Positions 48,446 to 60,139 of a DNA stretch of 64,000 nt are shown piece by piece. The stretch is from a virus (lineage: Duplodnaviria; Caudoviricetes). Position 1 is the stretch's first letter, and each line of letters begins with the position of its first letter. The position numbers and the translations under genes are program-made. The notes under the pieces were generated by a model. The model had not been told where the DNA came from and ran no database searches. It saw only the letters and a list, made by a program, of their open reading frames with translations. Where the stretch lies: IMG/VR virus record IMGVR_UViG_3300028914_000062, positions 32,001 to 96,000 of that record. The stretch is one strand, 5' to 3'.

Positions 48446-49828
48446 TTATGCCAATACCAAAGTGGTTATACCACAATGTTCTACTTTATTATTCTCGTCA
48501 AGTGTTACAACTACACAAGCATATCCCGGAGCTCCACCTGTAGCCGGCAGTAAAAAGCCACCCCCAGCAAGTGTTGCGCTATTCCAATTACCAGAAAGAG
48601 TGTCTCCTATAGCGGGAATTGCAACACTGACTCCTGTTTTATAATAAACAGTACCTTGAAGAACGGGCGAAATTGTAACTATCCAATCTTGTCCGTTTTT
48701 CCGATTAGTTACGGCTAAGTCACCTATAGACTCTCCAAATGTAGTTGTTAAATTACTATATCCGGTACTATAAGTTAAAGTATAAGCGGCAGCATTGCCA
48801 AAATGCACTATACCATTTATGCAATAAGTGGTAGTATAACCATATGGAGAATCCGAGGTAATTTGTGTATTAATTGCTGTCATTCCAGGCGGAGTGGGGT
48901 CTCCTCCGTTAGCATGAACTAATACTGCTACGGTTCCATTATCATAAATACCATATAAAGGAGCATTCGTGCCCTTCACATATCCTGTAGCAGCATCTAC
49001 GATAATTCCCACAAGCCCTTCATTAAGAGTTCGTCCCTTAACAGTTTCAATAACGCGGACTAATTGTCCATTAATCATATCGCATCCACTGAAGTCTGCA
49101 AGAGCAGTGCCCGACAATTCCATTGTTGTATTGGAACTCATATTAAACGTAAAATTTTGCGCTCCATTAAGCTTAAACCTAGGAATTTCAAACGTCAACG
49201 TACCGGCAAATTTCCCATTTGCAGTAGCACAAGCGTCCCCAGAAAAAATAGGAGCGGTAATAATCAAATACAACTCTTCTGGAATAATATTAGAAGTAAT
49301 AATAGCATCCCTAGCTTGCTCATCGGTAGCAAGATAACGAATGCAATATTCGTCATCATTGGTAGAACCAGGAATCGTTACTTCGGCCGATTCAACTACC
49401 AAGGTGTTCCACACCTCGGAACCGGATCTGGAATACCAAATGATCTTATCATTATCAGTATCGCAAGCAACTTGCAAAGCAAGGGGATTTTTACTCAGAA
49501 CAATTTTCCCAGTGATTTTATCGCCCACTTTAAGAGTTTCGCTCTGATATGCTGTTATATCCGCACCTGTCTAAAACATAGCCCCAAGTTGCGCCTCCAG
49601 ATAAGACTCTTTCCAGAAGATATCTGTTAATGTAATTTCTACATTAGGATCATGATAAAAATTCGTAACAATGGGAGCACCTGTGCCTCCACGAAGATCG
49701 TCTTTAGTTGTAGAAATATTAATAGAAGAATCTGTTAATGTTTTACACACAAAAGCAAGTTGACGACCAACGGCCGTATTACGAAAAGCTTCTGCGCTAC
49801 CTACTGATCCAAGAAAATATTTGGACAT
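48446..49828 (-). CDS. Major tail tube protein paralog 2 with extra C-terminal beta domain, 460 aa
   Basis: MSKYFLGSVGSAEAF..KTLTDSSINIST..LRGGTG, FEIPRFKLNG; one TAG at 49571. Confidence 0.8.
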
Positions 49829-49843
49829 ATGTTACCCCCTCCT

Positions 49844-50011
49844 TTACTTGTTATTATTTTGATACTGCGGGCATTTCTGCCCGCAGTTATGTTCTTTGAA
49901 ACACCGATCTTTAAAGCAGTATTTTTGACAAATACACACTTCTTGAGATAATGTGCATGTATAGCCTTGGCCTGGAATATAATGGCTATATACACAATTG
50001 TGATTACTCAT
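49844..50011 (-). CDS. Small Cys-rich protein (55 aa, 8 Cys; below the ORF-track cutoff)
   Basis: MSNHNCVYSHYIPGQGYTCTLSQEVCICQKYCFKDRCFKEHNCGQKCPQYQNNNK fills the gap between the tube genes. Confidence 0.6.
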   Translation of the reverse strand: MSNHNCVYSHYIPGQGYTCTLSQEVCICQKYCFKDRCFKEHNCGQKCPQYQNNNK

Positions 50012-50014
50012 AAA

Positions 50015-51142
50015 TTATGATGCGCTAACAGTTGTTACAGAGCAGGCGAAAGAGGGCGAGCCCTGATCGCCGTTCGGATAAAAAGTAAAGGCCTGAGCGC
50101 CCGCGGTGGAGCTAAAGGTAACGGTACCATTAGATTTATCATAACTTGCTCCAGAGGGAATACTTATGTAATTTGGATTGGCGTTAGCACTAGCTGTGCT
50201 ATTTGCCCACTTTAAGAGAGCTCTTTCACCATTTTCATATATGGTATAAATGTTTGCCGTAGCAGCAGGTGCATAACCATTACCCTTATCGATCATAATT
50301 TTCAAAATACCGACGTTTGGAGTTCTACCATCAATACTTTCGATAATACGAACAAGCTGACCATTAATCATATCACAGCCACTAAAGTCGGCAAGAGCAG
50401 TACCAGAAAGTTCCATAGTAGTATTAGAACTCATGTTAAACGAGAAGTTCTGGGCACCATTGAGCTTAAATCTCGGGATCTCAAAAGTAAGAGAGCCGGC
50501 GAGTTTACCATTAGAGGTAGAACAAGAATCGCCAAAGAATATAGGAGTTGTGATAATCAGGAAAAGTTCAGCAGGAATTATATTAGAAGTAATAGTTGCC
50601 TCTCTCGCTTGCTCATCGGTAGCAAGATAACGAACGCAATAGGTACCAGATTCGGGAACTGTTACGGTTTGCGACAATTCGGTAACCTAAGCAGTATGCC
50701 ATGCGTCGGAACCCTCTTTTGAAAACCAAACCGTGGCTTTTTCTTCTGTATCACAAGCAACAGGCAATACAAGGGGCTGTTTAGTTAAGGTAATCTGATA
50801 ATGACTGTCAACCTGCGAAGCCGTTAAAGCATGAGGCTCGGTAAAATAATTCGCAATTTCAGCACCGGCCTGGAACATAGCACCAAGCTGAGATTCAAGA
50901 TAAGACTCTTTCCAGAATATATCGGTAAGAGTTATTTCAACGTTAGGATCGTGATAGAAATTGGTTACTATAGGAGCACCAGTGCCGCCACGAAGATCGT
51001 CTTTGGTCGTCGAGATGTTAATCGAAGAGTCGGTCAGGGTTTTGCAAACAAAAGCTAACTCCTTACGAGTTGTGCCATCGCCATTGTCTATGGTTCTGAA
51101 AGCTTCGGCACTACCGACCGAACCAAGAAAATATTTGGACAT
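50015..51142 (-). CDS. Major tail tube protein paralog 1, 375 aa
   Basis: Highly similar to 48446-49828 over the tube core; one TAG at 50687. Confidence 0.8.
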
Positions 51143-51174
51143 AGTATTCTTCCTTTCATAAAATTAGTATTTTA

Positions 51175-52107
51175 TTAAATATGGGAGAGTTGTTGTTTCA
51201 TGTCGTCAAGCGACATCGATGAACCATACATATCCTCTTCCTTTTTATAAATCCAATGTGGGAGCGGCTCTTTCGAAGAAACAAAGCCACTCATTCGTCC
51301 TTGTAGGGCAGCTTCATACACAAGTTTATCATCTATTGCACCGAATAACATCAAATACTTCCGCATCGGCATTTTAAAGATTTCATCAATCTTATAATTG
51401 GTTGCCAATGATGTACACACAATCTTTCTTTCCAAAGATGCTTCGCCATTTTTACGCGATTTTAGTCGAGCTTTTTCCTCTTGGTCCTTTTTCAGGGCTG
51501 GGTCTACCCAAGAATCATCACGATAATCGGGCAGATTTTGAAAAAGTAAACTCTATCGCATAAAGCGATAATCTTTAAAGGTAATTGCGTGCTAATCAAC
51601 GATAATATTTTTATTAGATGTTTTTTCATCAGTGACGTAATGAATCATTTCGTGCAATTCTTTTCCTTTACAATCAGGACAGCGGACAATATCGTCCTCA
51701 TCTCTTGGCTGTGAGAAGATCTCCTCATAAGAGAACACCTTATTACAAGCGCGACATTTCACACCATTGGTAATGTGAAACACCAATTCCAAAAGACGAG
51801 AGAACTTCAATGTCCAATATAAGCCCTCCTGCGGATCGGTCAACTTCGTGATTAAAAAATCAAGATCGGTCATACCGATACCTTCAATCGTTGTGCGTCG
51901 ATCAAGAGTTAAAAGCGGGACGGCCCCCATAAAATCATTATAATCCTTTGTTAACACAGGGTACATTAAGAGCCCTGTTTCTCTAAGTGGAATCGGAAGG
52001 TCGAAAGTATTATATACTTCATCATTATACATCAATTCCGACGCAAACTCTTCCGGTTCTCCTTTAAATCGTAAAGGGAGCGACTTATCAGTAGCCAAAA
52101 GCAGCAC
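51175..52107 (-). CDS. Tail morphogenesis protein with CxxC..CxxC insert
   Basis: Two in-frame fragments joined by TAG; located between the neck and tube genes. Confidence 0.6.
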
Positions 52108-52768
52108 TTCCCGATGAAGAGCACATCTTCATACCAAAAGTATGTGTGTGCCCAATCAACGCTCGGTTGTTATATACATTTTGTTTTGTACCTAATAGAC
52201 TATAAAGCTCTCGATTATACTGGAGATATCCAGAACCATCAAGATATAATCCATTAAACAAAGCCAAAACGCATTTGCTTAAAACTTCCTCACGATTTTT
52301 ATAATTAACCAAAGACTACAAATGATCGGGAGTTAAATCATTGGGATTAATATTTGTATTTTCTCCAGTTGCGTCTCCCAATATAACGGCAATTTTGGAG
52401 TGAGTTACAGTTTCTGCCGCAACTTCAACTATACTCTCGTTAGTACCTCTAGGAATAATATCCTTAATAAACAAATGAAGGTGTGCACATTCCACCGTCC
52501 ACCCATCGTTCATGAATGGTGCCAAGAACACTCTCTTAGAATCTTCCTTACCATCTACAATATCCAACAGGCTAACTTTCTGTTCATAGGTTAACGAGGG
52601 TTTTAAAAGACAGTCTACACTATTATAGTATAAGACTTTCCATAACAAATCTGCGTATTTCGAGTCGCTGTGTAATAACACATAAACAAGCTTCCAAGTT
52701 ATGGAGTCAAGGTTCGCAAAACGGTTCATATCGTTATACGAACTATATTGAAATATATCTTGTGCCAT
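52088..52768 (-). CDS. Tail terminator/completion-like protein
   Basis: Fragments joined by one TAG; neck-module position; LWKVLYY..D.L motif. Confidence 0.55.
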
Positions 52769-52769
52769 A

Positions 52770-53903
52770 TCACAGCCCCCTCATATTCAAATCAAACTCA
52801 AGAATAATATCCTCTCCAGTGGGGCTATCCTGCGCCGCCACATACGACTTTACATGCAACGGGCCACCACCGTAAAATTGTACTTTCTTAATACAGAATT
52901 GAGCTTCTGTATCTCCAAAGTTATAAGTTACATATTTACTAATACTGGTCGTTCCTTCCAAAGTAATCTCTGTATGCACCGGCAAAGATACTATTGTATC
53001 ACCATGATATACGGCTACTTCAAAATTGATCTCAGTATTAGTGGGCAGCGGATTTGGGATAAATTCAGGAGATATTATTTTTAATGAATAACCATCATCA
53101 GCATTATCGGTTACTTGTACTGTTTCTTTATTGTTAAAAGCAATGCGGTGCTCGAAATCATCTTCAGCCGCAACATTAACAACCTCAAAATATAGTAAAA
53201 TCGTACCGATGTTTCTGCTATTAAGAGTTGTACGACTCTGCGTTTTGTTCATAGCAGTTATCCTATAAACCTAATCATAACCCACAACAAAACGTTGATT
53301 CACATAATATTGATCAGTATATTTATTAAACTGAACAATACCATAAATCTCACTTTGTGGCAAGACACCATATTTCGAATAAAACAGATCAACCGTTTTG
53401 TTTTCTCGGGTAAATATAATAGGCTCATAATGATACGAGGAAATACCCTGCGAATCGGTAATAATACTGCCCAGTGTATTATTACAACGCACACAAGTCA
53501 AACTAGAAGTCATGTCGCCAGAATTGCGATTAGACGCAATCCAAACATCTCTTTCCAATTCGGCTGGGGCATTCCCAACATCATCATCGAAGCGCCAATG
53601 GCTTCCAATAGGATAATGACTGGTAATATTTCTAAATACCAGTTTACGCCAGTCATCACTTATAACAGTATTATTAGTGTCTGGCTTTACAGTTTGCGCA
53701 ATAACTTCCATTGGAATATATTGCTGTTCGCCCCATACATTTTCGTATTCAACGTCAATGCGATTAGGGGCTCTGCACCAGTCTCTGTCTACCTTCTGTT
53801 GCAACTCTTTAATCCAATAGTTATTCGGATCATAATTCTTCGGAGTCTAAGTAAGGAGGACATAGTCCGGGGGTAAGTTCGCAGAATTATATACTCTTCC
53901 CAT
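52770..53903 (-). CDS. Head closure/neck protein, 377 aa
   Basis: ATG at 53903 in frame with fragments 53271-53804 and 52770-53252 via TAG; CVRCNNTL motif. Confidence 0.6.
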
Positions 53904-53915
53904 AATCGTGCCCCC

Positions 53916-54281
53916 TTATTCTAAGGATTTACGAATGTGGTCGATAATTCCACGAGCCTCGAAAATTTGTTTCTTTATTATATTAAAAGGTGTATCCAAA
54001 TAACTGGAATACACACCATTTAACTTTATGACAACTTTAATAAGTTGATGATCAAAAAGGGCGTCGGAATTATTGAGCTCAAATAACAAGCCGGCAATGT
54101 ATGATTTAGCGTCTCCAGGGGTCTTCTCTTGCTCAATAAGATATAAGATCTTTATCAATTCATTATATACCTTGTCAAGATAGACTTTTTTACCTTCTTT
54201 GGACAAAACCAATCTACATGCACCAGACTCTTGTAACTGAGACACTGCCGATACATTTTCGTTATCAAACATTTCCGCCAA
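53916..54281 (-). CDS. Hypothetical neck-region protein
   Basis: 121-aa TAG-free ORF, translationally coupled to its neighbours. Confidence 0.6.
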   Translation of the reverse strand: MAEMFDNENVSAVSQLQESGACRLVLSKEGKKVYLDKVYNELIKILYLIEQEKTPGDAKSYIAGLLFELNNSDALFDHQLIKVVIKLNGVYSSYLDTPFNIIKKQIFEARGIIDHIRKSLE

Positions 54282-54972
54282 AGCGATACCCCCTTTGATA
54301 GTTTGTGCTTACGTCCCACGATAAACTACAGGTGAGTTCATCAACTTCCCATTTCAGGTTATTGTACCATTCAACCTTAGAAGTGGTTGTGCTACCAGGG
54401 GAGTGCAAATTAAAATCAGTATCATTTAACAGATTACGAATTTCAAGAATAAAATTCTTATTGCGCTCGGCCCAAGCAAGCAAAGTACAATGTGCCAAAA
54501 TATCTACAACTCGTTCCTGAATCGCACTAAGATTCAAATTACGAGAAGCCTTACCAGTTACATCCTGCGTAAATGCACCAGGATAGTACCATTCAAAGGA
54601 ACATTCAGTGCCAGCGGGAACAGGCTGGGAAAAAGTAACAGTATGCGTATCAGGATCGTACTATGCAGTAGGATCGGGCACGCCTGCTATTTTAAAAGAC
54701 ATAAGACTATTATCATCTGGTACGGTGGTTACAGCATATTCCGAAACACCAGTACCATCTATAACCTCTGTCTCTCCAGTTGCCGCAGAATAAACGCTTA
54801 ACTGGTCAGACAAAATTGTGGGGTTCGAAAAACGGCCCTTACCATTGATAAGGTAGGGGCGCATAATTTTCGCAAATTTAGCGGGATCATTAAAATACGC
54901 TAAAGATATATCGGGATCGTCAAATAATCCTATAGCCCTTGAAAATATATCAGAGAAAGCTATAGTTCCCAT
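54265..54972 (-). CDS. Head-tail adaptor-like protein, 235 aa
   Basis: MGTIAFSDIF..D..DFNLHSP pattern; two fragments joined by TAG. Confidence 0.6.
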
Positions 54973-54991
54973 TTATAGATCTTCCTTTCGT

Positions 54992-55684
54992 TTATCTACG
55001 CGCAAGAGTCTGAAGTTCAGCGGCAAACCCACCGTTAGTGAGTCTGTTCATAACTTCAATTTTGCGAATATCTTTGAACGCGGGATCGTTAGCAACAATA
55101 CGCTGCTTAAAATATTCTGCTATGGATTGTTTAAGAGACAATTCAACTTGATTATAAATTTCTTCAAGCTCTGTCATCGATATATGACCAAGCTCAGCAA
55201 ACAAATTGTAATTAAGATGATAGTCACGAGCACACTTCAGCTTCTTTCTACGAGCATAATACTCGCAATTGTCGCCTACTGCAAGAACACCTTCTTCAAA
55301 TAACGAACGATATTTACCAGCAAGTTCATCAAATTGCTGGGGAGTAAGAGTAAACTCTTCTCCAAAAGCGGTCATAACCAGATCCAGGTTCGAAAGGTGA
55401 ATGTAAGTCGACAGTCCAGCTGCTCTCTTCACAAGATGCACAACAGTAACATCTGCGGGAACATCTTTTTCTTTTGAAGTAGTGGGAGCCGGTTCTGTTT
55501 TACCCGTCTTCAGCATCGCCATAATCTGAGCAATTTGCTCACTCTACTCCTGAAGCTGGTCTTTGAGCATTTTATTTTCTTTCTTGAGATTTTTTACCTC
55601 AGTATCATTTTCTATAGGTGTGGTTTCTTCTCGGGCTATCTCTTCCTCACTAGAAACCGCAGAATTTTTCTTTACATTAGCCAT
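54992..55684 (-). CDS. Hypothetical protein downstream of the capsid gene (YonA-like position), 230 aa
   Basis: AAAGGA RBS, ATG at 55684 in frame with 54992-55522 via TAG. Confidence 0.65.
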
Positions 55685-55714
55685 TTTATCCTTTTCCTTT
55701 CCTTTCATTCAATC

Positions 55715-55741
55715 GAGAGGGGTCCATAAAGGACCCCTCTC
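55715..55741 (-). terminator. GC-rich stem-loop after the major capsid gene (no U-tract)
   Basis: GAGAGGGGTCC-5nt-GGACCCCTCTC. Confidence 0.55.
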
Positions 55742-55760
55742 ATTAATTAAAATTTATCGA

Positions 55761-56858
55761 TTAGCCACCGATAGTGAGGGTACCGAATTTCGAACCAACT
55801 ATGGCCGAAATACCGACCTTCATCTTGATGGAGATGCCGTAGGTACGGTCATTGGTCTCTTCGGGGATGTTCTCGATGGTTACCGAGTCGCCTTCGAAGA
55901 CAACCTTGACAGGACGATACGAATCAGCAGCTATGAAGTAAATCTTGTTGTCAGCTATCGAGAGGGTAGCCGAGGTGTTGGTGGTACCAGGAACAAGTAC
56001 GTTATCAACAGGGATAAGAGGAGTGTTGAGGTACTTATCGAGGAAGCCTTCCTTAGCTATCTCGGAGCCAAGACCATACTGGAGACCCTGGACAGTCGGG
56101 TAGACGTTGCCAAGAGCACCAAGGGTGCCTATCGCATAGACAGCGGCGCCGCCATTGGCAGCACGAACTCTCTCACGAAGAGCGGTCCAGTTGGCGTTGC
56201 TGAGACCAGAAGCAGAATAACCAGCGCCGACTTCAGAGACAGCAGAGGTCATCGCGGCAATTATCTTAAGGAAGATGTAGCCTTCGAACGAACGGCCAGC
56301 TCTAAGAGCGAAATCGCCCCAGTCAAACACGCCAGCAGCAACAGGATACCAGTCGACAGAAGTGGCTATCTCGATGGTACCGCAGTTGACGGTATACTCA
56401 TCATCGTAAATGGGCTGGAGGACACCACGATTGATACCTTCGGCAACCTCATTAACTTTGAAGAGCTCATTGGACTTTACTATGAAACGAGCAGTGTCGC
56501 CCCAGCCAACCTGGACGACTTCAGCAAGGAACTCCGCATATCTCGCCGAGGTGACCTCGGGAGCAACGGCGTTGATTATCTGAGCTATAACAGCGTTGAA
56601 GTTCTCACGGACAGCCTGAGATCTGACTACCATGGGATTCTTGAAGAGTGCGGCGCCCTGGGTCTCAAACATAGACTCATAACGGGTGTCGGCGACCGAG
56701 AATTTAACGACAGCTTCGTTTATTTCTCTCATCTTGTCGGCATAATCGGGAACGACGATGCCCTTTCTCTTATCGCGAGCGGCGATAATGACGGAATCAA
56801 CGATGGCGTTGAAGCCTTCATCGTTGGATCTTTTATATTCAAACGATTCCATAATCAT
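55761..56858 (-). CDS. Major capsid protein
   Basis: 365 aa, follows the scaffold and decoration genes, strongly optimised codons; AEVVQVGWGDT..F, YAIGTLGAL, VKVVFEGD motifs; TAG-free. Confidence 0.85.
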   Translation of the reverse strand: MIMESFEYKRSNDEGFNAIVDSVIIAARDKRKGIVVPDYADKMREINEAVVKFSVADTRYESMFETQGAALFKNPMVVRSQAVRENFNAVIAQIINAVAPEVTSARYAEFLAEVVQVGWGDTARFIVKSNELFKVNEVAEGINRGVLQPIYDDEYTVNCGTIEIATSVDWYPVAAGVFDWGDFALRAGRSFEGYIFLKIIAAMTSAVSEVGAGYSASGLSNANWTALRERVRAANGGAAVYAIGTLGALGNVYPTVQGLQYGLGSEIAKEGFLDKYLNTPLIPVDNVLVPGTTNTSATLSIADNKIYFIAADSYRPVKVVFEGDSVTIENIPEETNDRTYGISIKMKVGISAIVGSKFGTLTIGG

Positions 56859-56883
56859 GTTCTCCTTTCTATATGTTTACCTA

Positions 56884-57438
56884 TTAAAGGCTTATAACTT
56901 CGCAGAGATAGATGTTGCCATTGCCCTTCTGGCCAGTGGTAAGACCTTTCTCAAGCTGAATTTTAACACCAAAGCCACCCGACGGAGCGGCGGCATTGGG
57001 AGTAAGAATGACATCACCAGCAGTGACGCCAGCATACTGACCAGCAACAGGAGTGCTAGCAAAGTTGTCTTCACCAAGCCAGAATTTATCGTGAACCTGA
57101 GGAATACGAACTCTGGTAACAGTACCAGCAGGAACAGTCAGGTTAAAGAGCTTGTTGCCCATTTTGTAAACGTTACCAGCTATAGCGCCTTCAGAAATAC
57201 CAGCATAGTCGACTATCGCGACAGGAGAGTTGGCGCCTTCGGGAGCTTCAGCATAATAAACGTTGTATTCCACATCACCATTGGCGGTATAAGTGGTATC
57301 GGTAACGAGGTTACCAAGAGTGACAAAACCACCGTCAATAACGGGGGCGTTGGCATTATTGGCCTGGAAGAGCGCACCAACAAGGAGCGGGCGGACGGTT
57401 TCAGAAGCCATTATGCCTTTAGAAAAAAGATGTGCCAT
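56884..57438 (-). CDS. Head decoration/cement protein
   Basis: 184 aa, beta-rich, IDGGFVTLG..AGTVTRVR; directly upstream of the capsid gene; TAG-free. Confidence 0.7.
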   Translation of the reverse strand: MAHLFSKGIMASETVRPLLVGALFQANNANAPVIDGGFVTLGNLVTDTTYTANGDVEYNVYYAEAPEGANSPVAIVDYAGISEGAIAGNVYKMGNKLFNLTVPAGTVTRVRIPQVHDKFWLGEDNFASTPVAGQYAGVTAGDVILTPNAAAPSGGFGVKIQLEKGLTTGQKGNGNIYLCEVISL

Positions 57439-57459
57439 ATTAATTACTCCTTTTCAAAT

Positions 57460-59430
57460 TTAATTGTTTTTACCAAGATATTCTCTTAAAGACTCTTGGC
57501 TAGACTTTTTAGTTTTTGTAGATTTCTTTTCAGTGTTAAAGCTCTCAAACTGAGGCAGAGCAGAAAAAACCTCTTTCGAGGGTTCATCTTTGTGATTGTA
57601 CATAAAGATCTGTAGAGCAACCTCTTTACGGAGATCCTCAAAGGAGGCAAATTTGCCTTCTATACAATCTTTATAAATTTTGTCTTTTCCTTCGATAGAG
57701 AAATTCTCTCCATTGAGAAGGCGTTTGGCTTCCTGAAGTCTCTTTTCGCATTCCACTTTGAACATTGCCATCTTCAGTTCATCACATCTAGCAGCAAGAG
57801 CATCGTAGTCTGCGCATTTCGCAGCCAATTCTTCTTTTTCTTTTGCCATTTGAGCAAGTTCTTCCTTGAGCTTGCCATTTTCCTCCATCAGCGCATTATG
57901 AGCGTTAAGGAGTTCCGTATAAGCGTCTTCGGGCTTCGACTCATCGTCTTCGTCCTCGTCTTTGTCGTCCTCGTCTGCTTTTTCATCATCGCCAGCATCT
58001 TTCTTGTCATCGTCATAAGCTTCTTCAGATTTCTCCGCCGTTTCAGCTTCGCACTCGGAGCATTCGCAACCATCGCCGTGCTCATCATCATCATCGGAAC
58101 TCATCTGTTTCTTGGCCATGCACTCTTCACAAGTACAATCCTCACCATGCTCATAAGCAGCTTCGGGCTCTTCTTTGCCTTCTTCGGGGCACTCATTCAT
58201 AACAGTGTCAGCTTCCTGCTCAGTAGCAAAAGTCTCTTCCTGCTGCTCTGCAGCATAGGCTTCTTCGGGCTTTTCCTCTTCGCATTTTTCCTCGCACTCT
58301 TTGCCGAGTTCCTCGCAGGGGCATCCGTACATATCGGCGCAATCTTCGCATTCCGTAAATCCACATTCATGTTCAACATCAATGTCAAGATCTTTGTAAA
58401 TGGTCATGATCTTACCGATAATTTCGGATTCCTCGTTCTTCTTGGCATAGCCTAAAGCCGTCGACAGTGCTTCTCTATTATAAACAGCAGTATTTTCTTT
58501 TAACTGCATGACAGGATACTTAAGTGCGGTAACTTCTTTGTCTTTCCACCCATCTCTGAGATCAAGAAAGATATCTCCGGCTACCTCCTCATAGTTAGAA
58601 GCTTCTACGACTTTGCGTCGTAACTCTGTCTTATCAACGTCACCCCAGGGGGTGTCGGATAATGCGTCTTTAGACTTGTCAACAAGAATCTTAAAGTCGA
58701 AAGTTTCTTGATTGTCCAAATCTGCACTTTCCTTTCTATTTATATTAACACGGTCCGCAGTCTGCTCGTCAAGCTTCTGATAAGCAAAACAGAGTGCTTC
58801 TCGTTGTTTGTTATAAATTGGGTCATCGTCTTTAATCTGCGCAAGTACGGAAAGATGCGCATTATTAATGCCCTCTTTTACCGGTTGCCCATTACGGCTA
58901 CCCAGTATGGTTATACCAATGAGGTTGAATTTATCTATATGTTTAATACCGTGATCATCCATATGATATTCAAGGACATCTACCTCAACGGAAACCTTTT
59001 TATGTTTATCTTTAAGTAAGCGTTTAATCTGACGGAATCCATACTGGGTCCAAAGCACACAGCTTAAATGAATCCAATGTTTTCCATCCTTCTCAACCAC
59101 TTCAAGAGTATCGCTTTCGCGAATAACACCAAGGGGGCGTTCACCACCCTCAGTATCCCAAAACTCTACTCCGGTCTCTCTATCTTTTACCCATTTACCC
59201 TTATGAGATTCAAAATCGTTCTAAGAAGTAAAGAATCCGACAACAGGCTTAGAAATAAAAGAGGACAGACTGTTATGAAGAGACTCGATAGTAAAATGAC
59301 TACCATTATTATTGGGATTTTCATCGCTAATTGGATACATATCAATGGCCAAGAAATCTTTTTTAATCACATCTTTAAAGGAAAGCTACTCGGCATTCAC
59401 TTCAAAGACTAAGCGTTCATTCTCAATCAC
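57460..59430 (-). CDS. Prohead protease fused to an acidic/Cys-rich scaffold, 656 aa
   Basis: GTG start at 59430; NNNGSHFT..KPVVG..DFESH, VSVEV, GITILG protease-family motifs; 2 TAGs (59386, 59221); coiled-coil C-terminus. Confidence 0.8.
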
Positions 59431-60125
59431 TTCTGTTCCTCTCCTTTCTTGACTTTGTTATCACCAGAAATAGCTAATGCTGCGCCGATTCTTTCGGCAG
59501 TAACAGCGGCTTGAATTTTTACACCGTCTCTATTCTCAATATTTTCATGAGCAAACTCGACACATAAGAATCCAAGACAAAACCCATCTACTTGATCGTA
59601 GATACCGCGAACATAAATCGCCCTGGTCCCCCGCTGATTAAACATATAATACGAAACAGGATCTTCGGCTTTGATGGATTCTATATCATCAATCTCATAA
59701 TTTTTATGCTGAGATAGTTTATCCTAAAGTAATGGATATGATTGACGGGGCATGTTTTGCTCAAACTGCATTACCGGCGCCACTGTCATATCAATAGACT
59801 CGTGTGTCGCACTCATCTTTTGAAAGCTTTTACCATTAACAGTATAATAACCATTGTGATATAAAAACACAAGTACTCTGTTTGCATGAGAAAATTCCCT
59901 CAATGTATTGATCTGAATGTTTATAAAAGTATTCGCTTCGCTACCCTTTTTTTCGTTTTCTTGAATTTCCTTTTTAAATTCAGGAGAACGGGGTTGTTTG
60001 GTTTCTGGAAGACGTTTGACTAATTTGCTTAATTGTTTAAACTATGTTAAAACGATGACAATTAGCGCCGCCATTAAAACCGGATAAACGCCGTGCTCGA
60101 TAATTAATGTCAAAATCTCTTCCAT
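59427..60125 (-). CDS. Single-TM membrane protein with GAF-like domain (T4 holin T-like architecture), 232 aa
   Basis: N-terminal TM, then ANRVLVFLYHNG..FQKMSATHE..LGFLCVEF; fragments joined by TAG. Confidence 0.5.
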
Positions 60126-60139
60126 ACCAGTCACGCTCC

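Noticed and set aside
55563-57489. Long plus-strand ORFs (444 aa, 243 aa) antisense to the capsid and decoration genes
   Set aside because: Shadow ORFs caused by strong codon bias of highly expressed genes; no motifs or RBS
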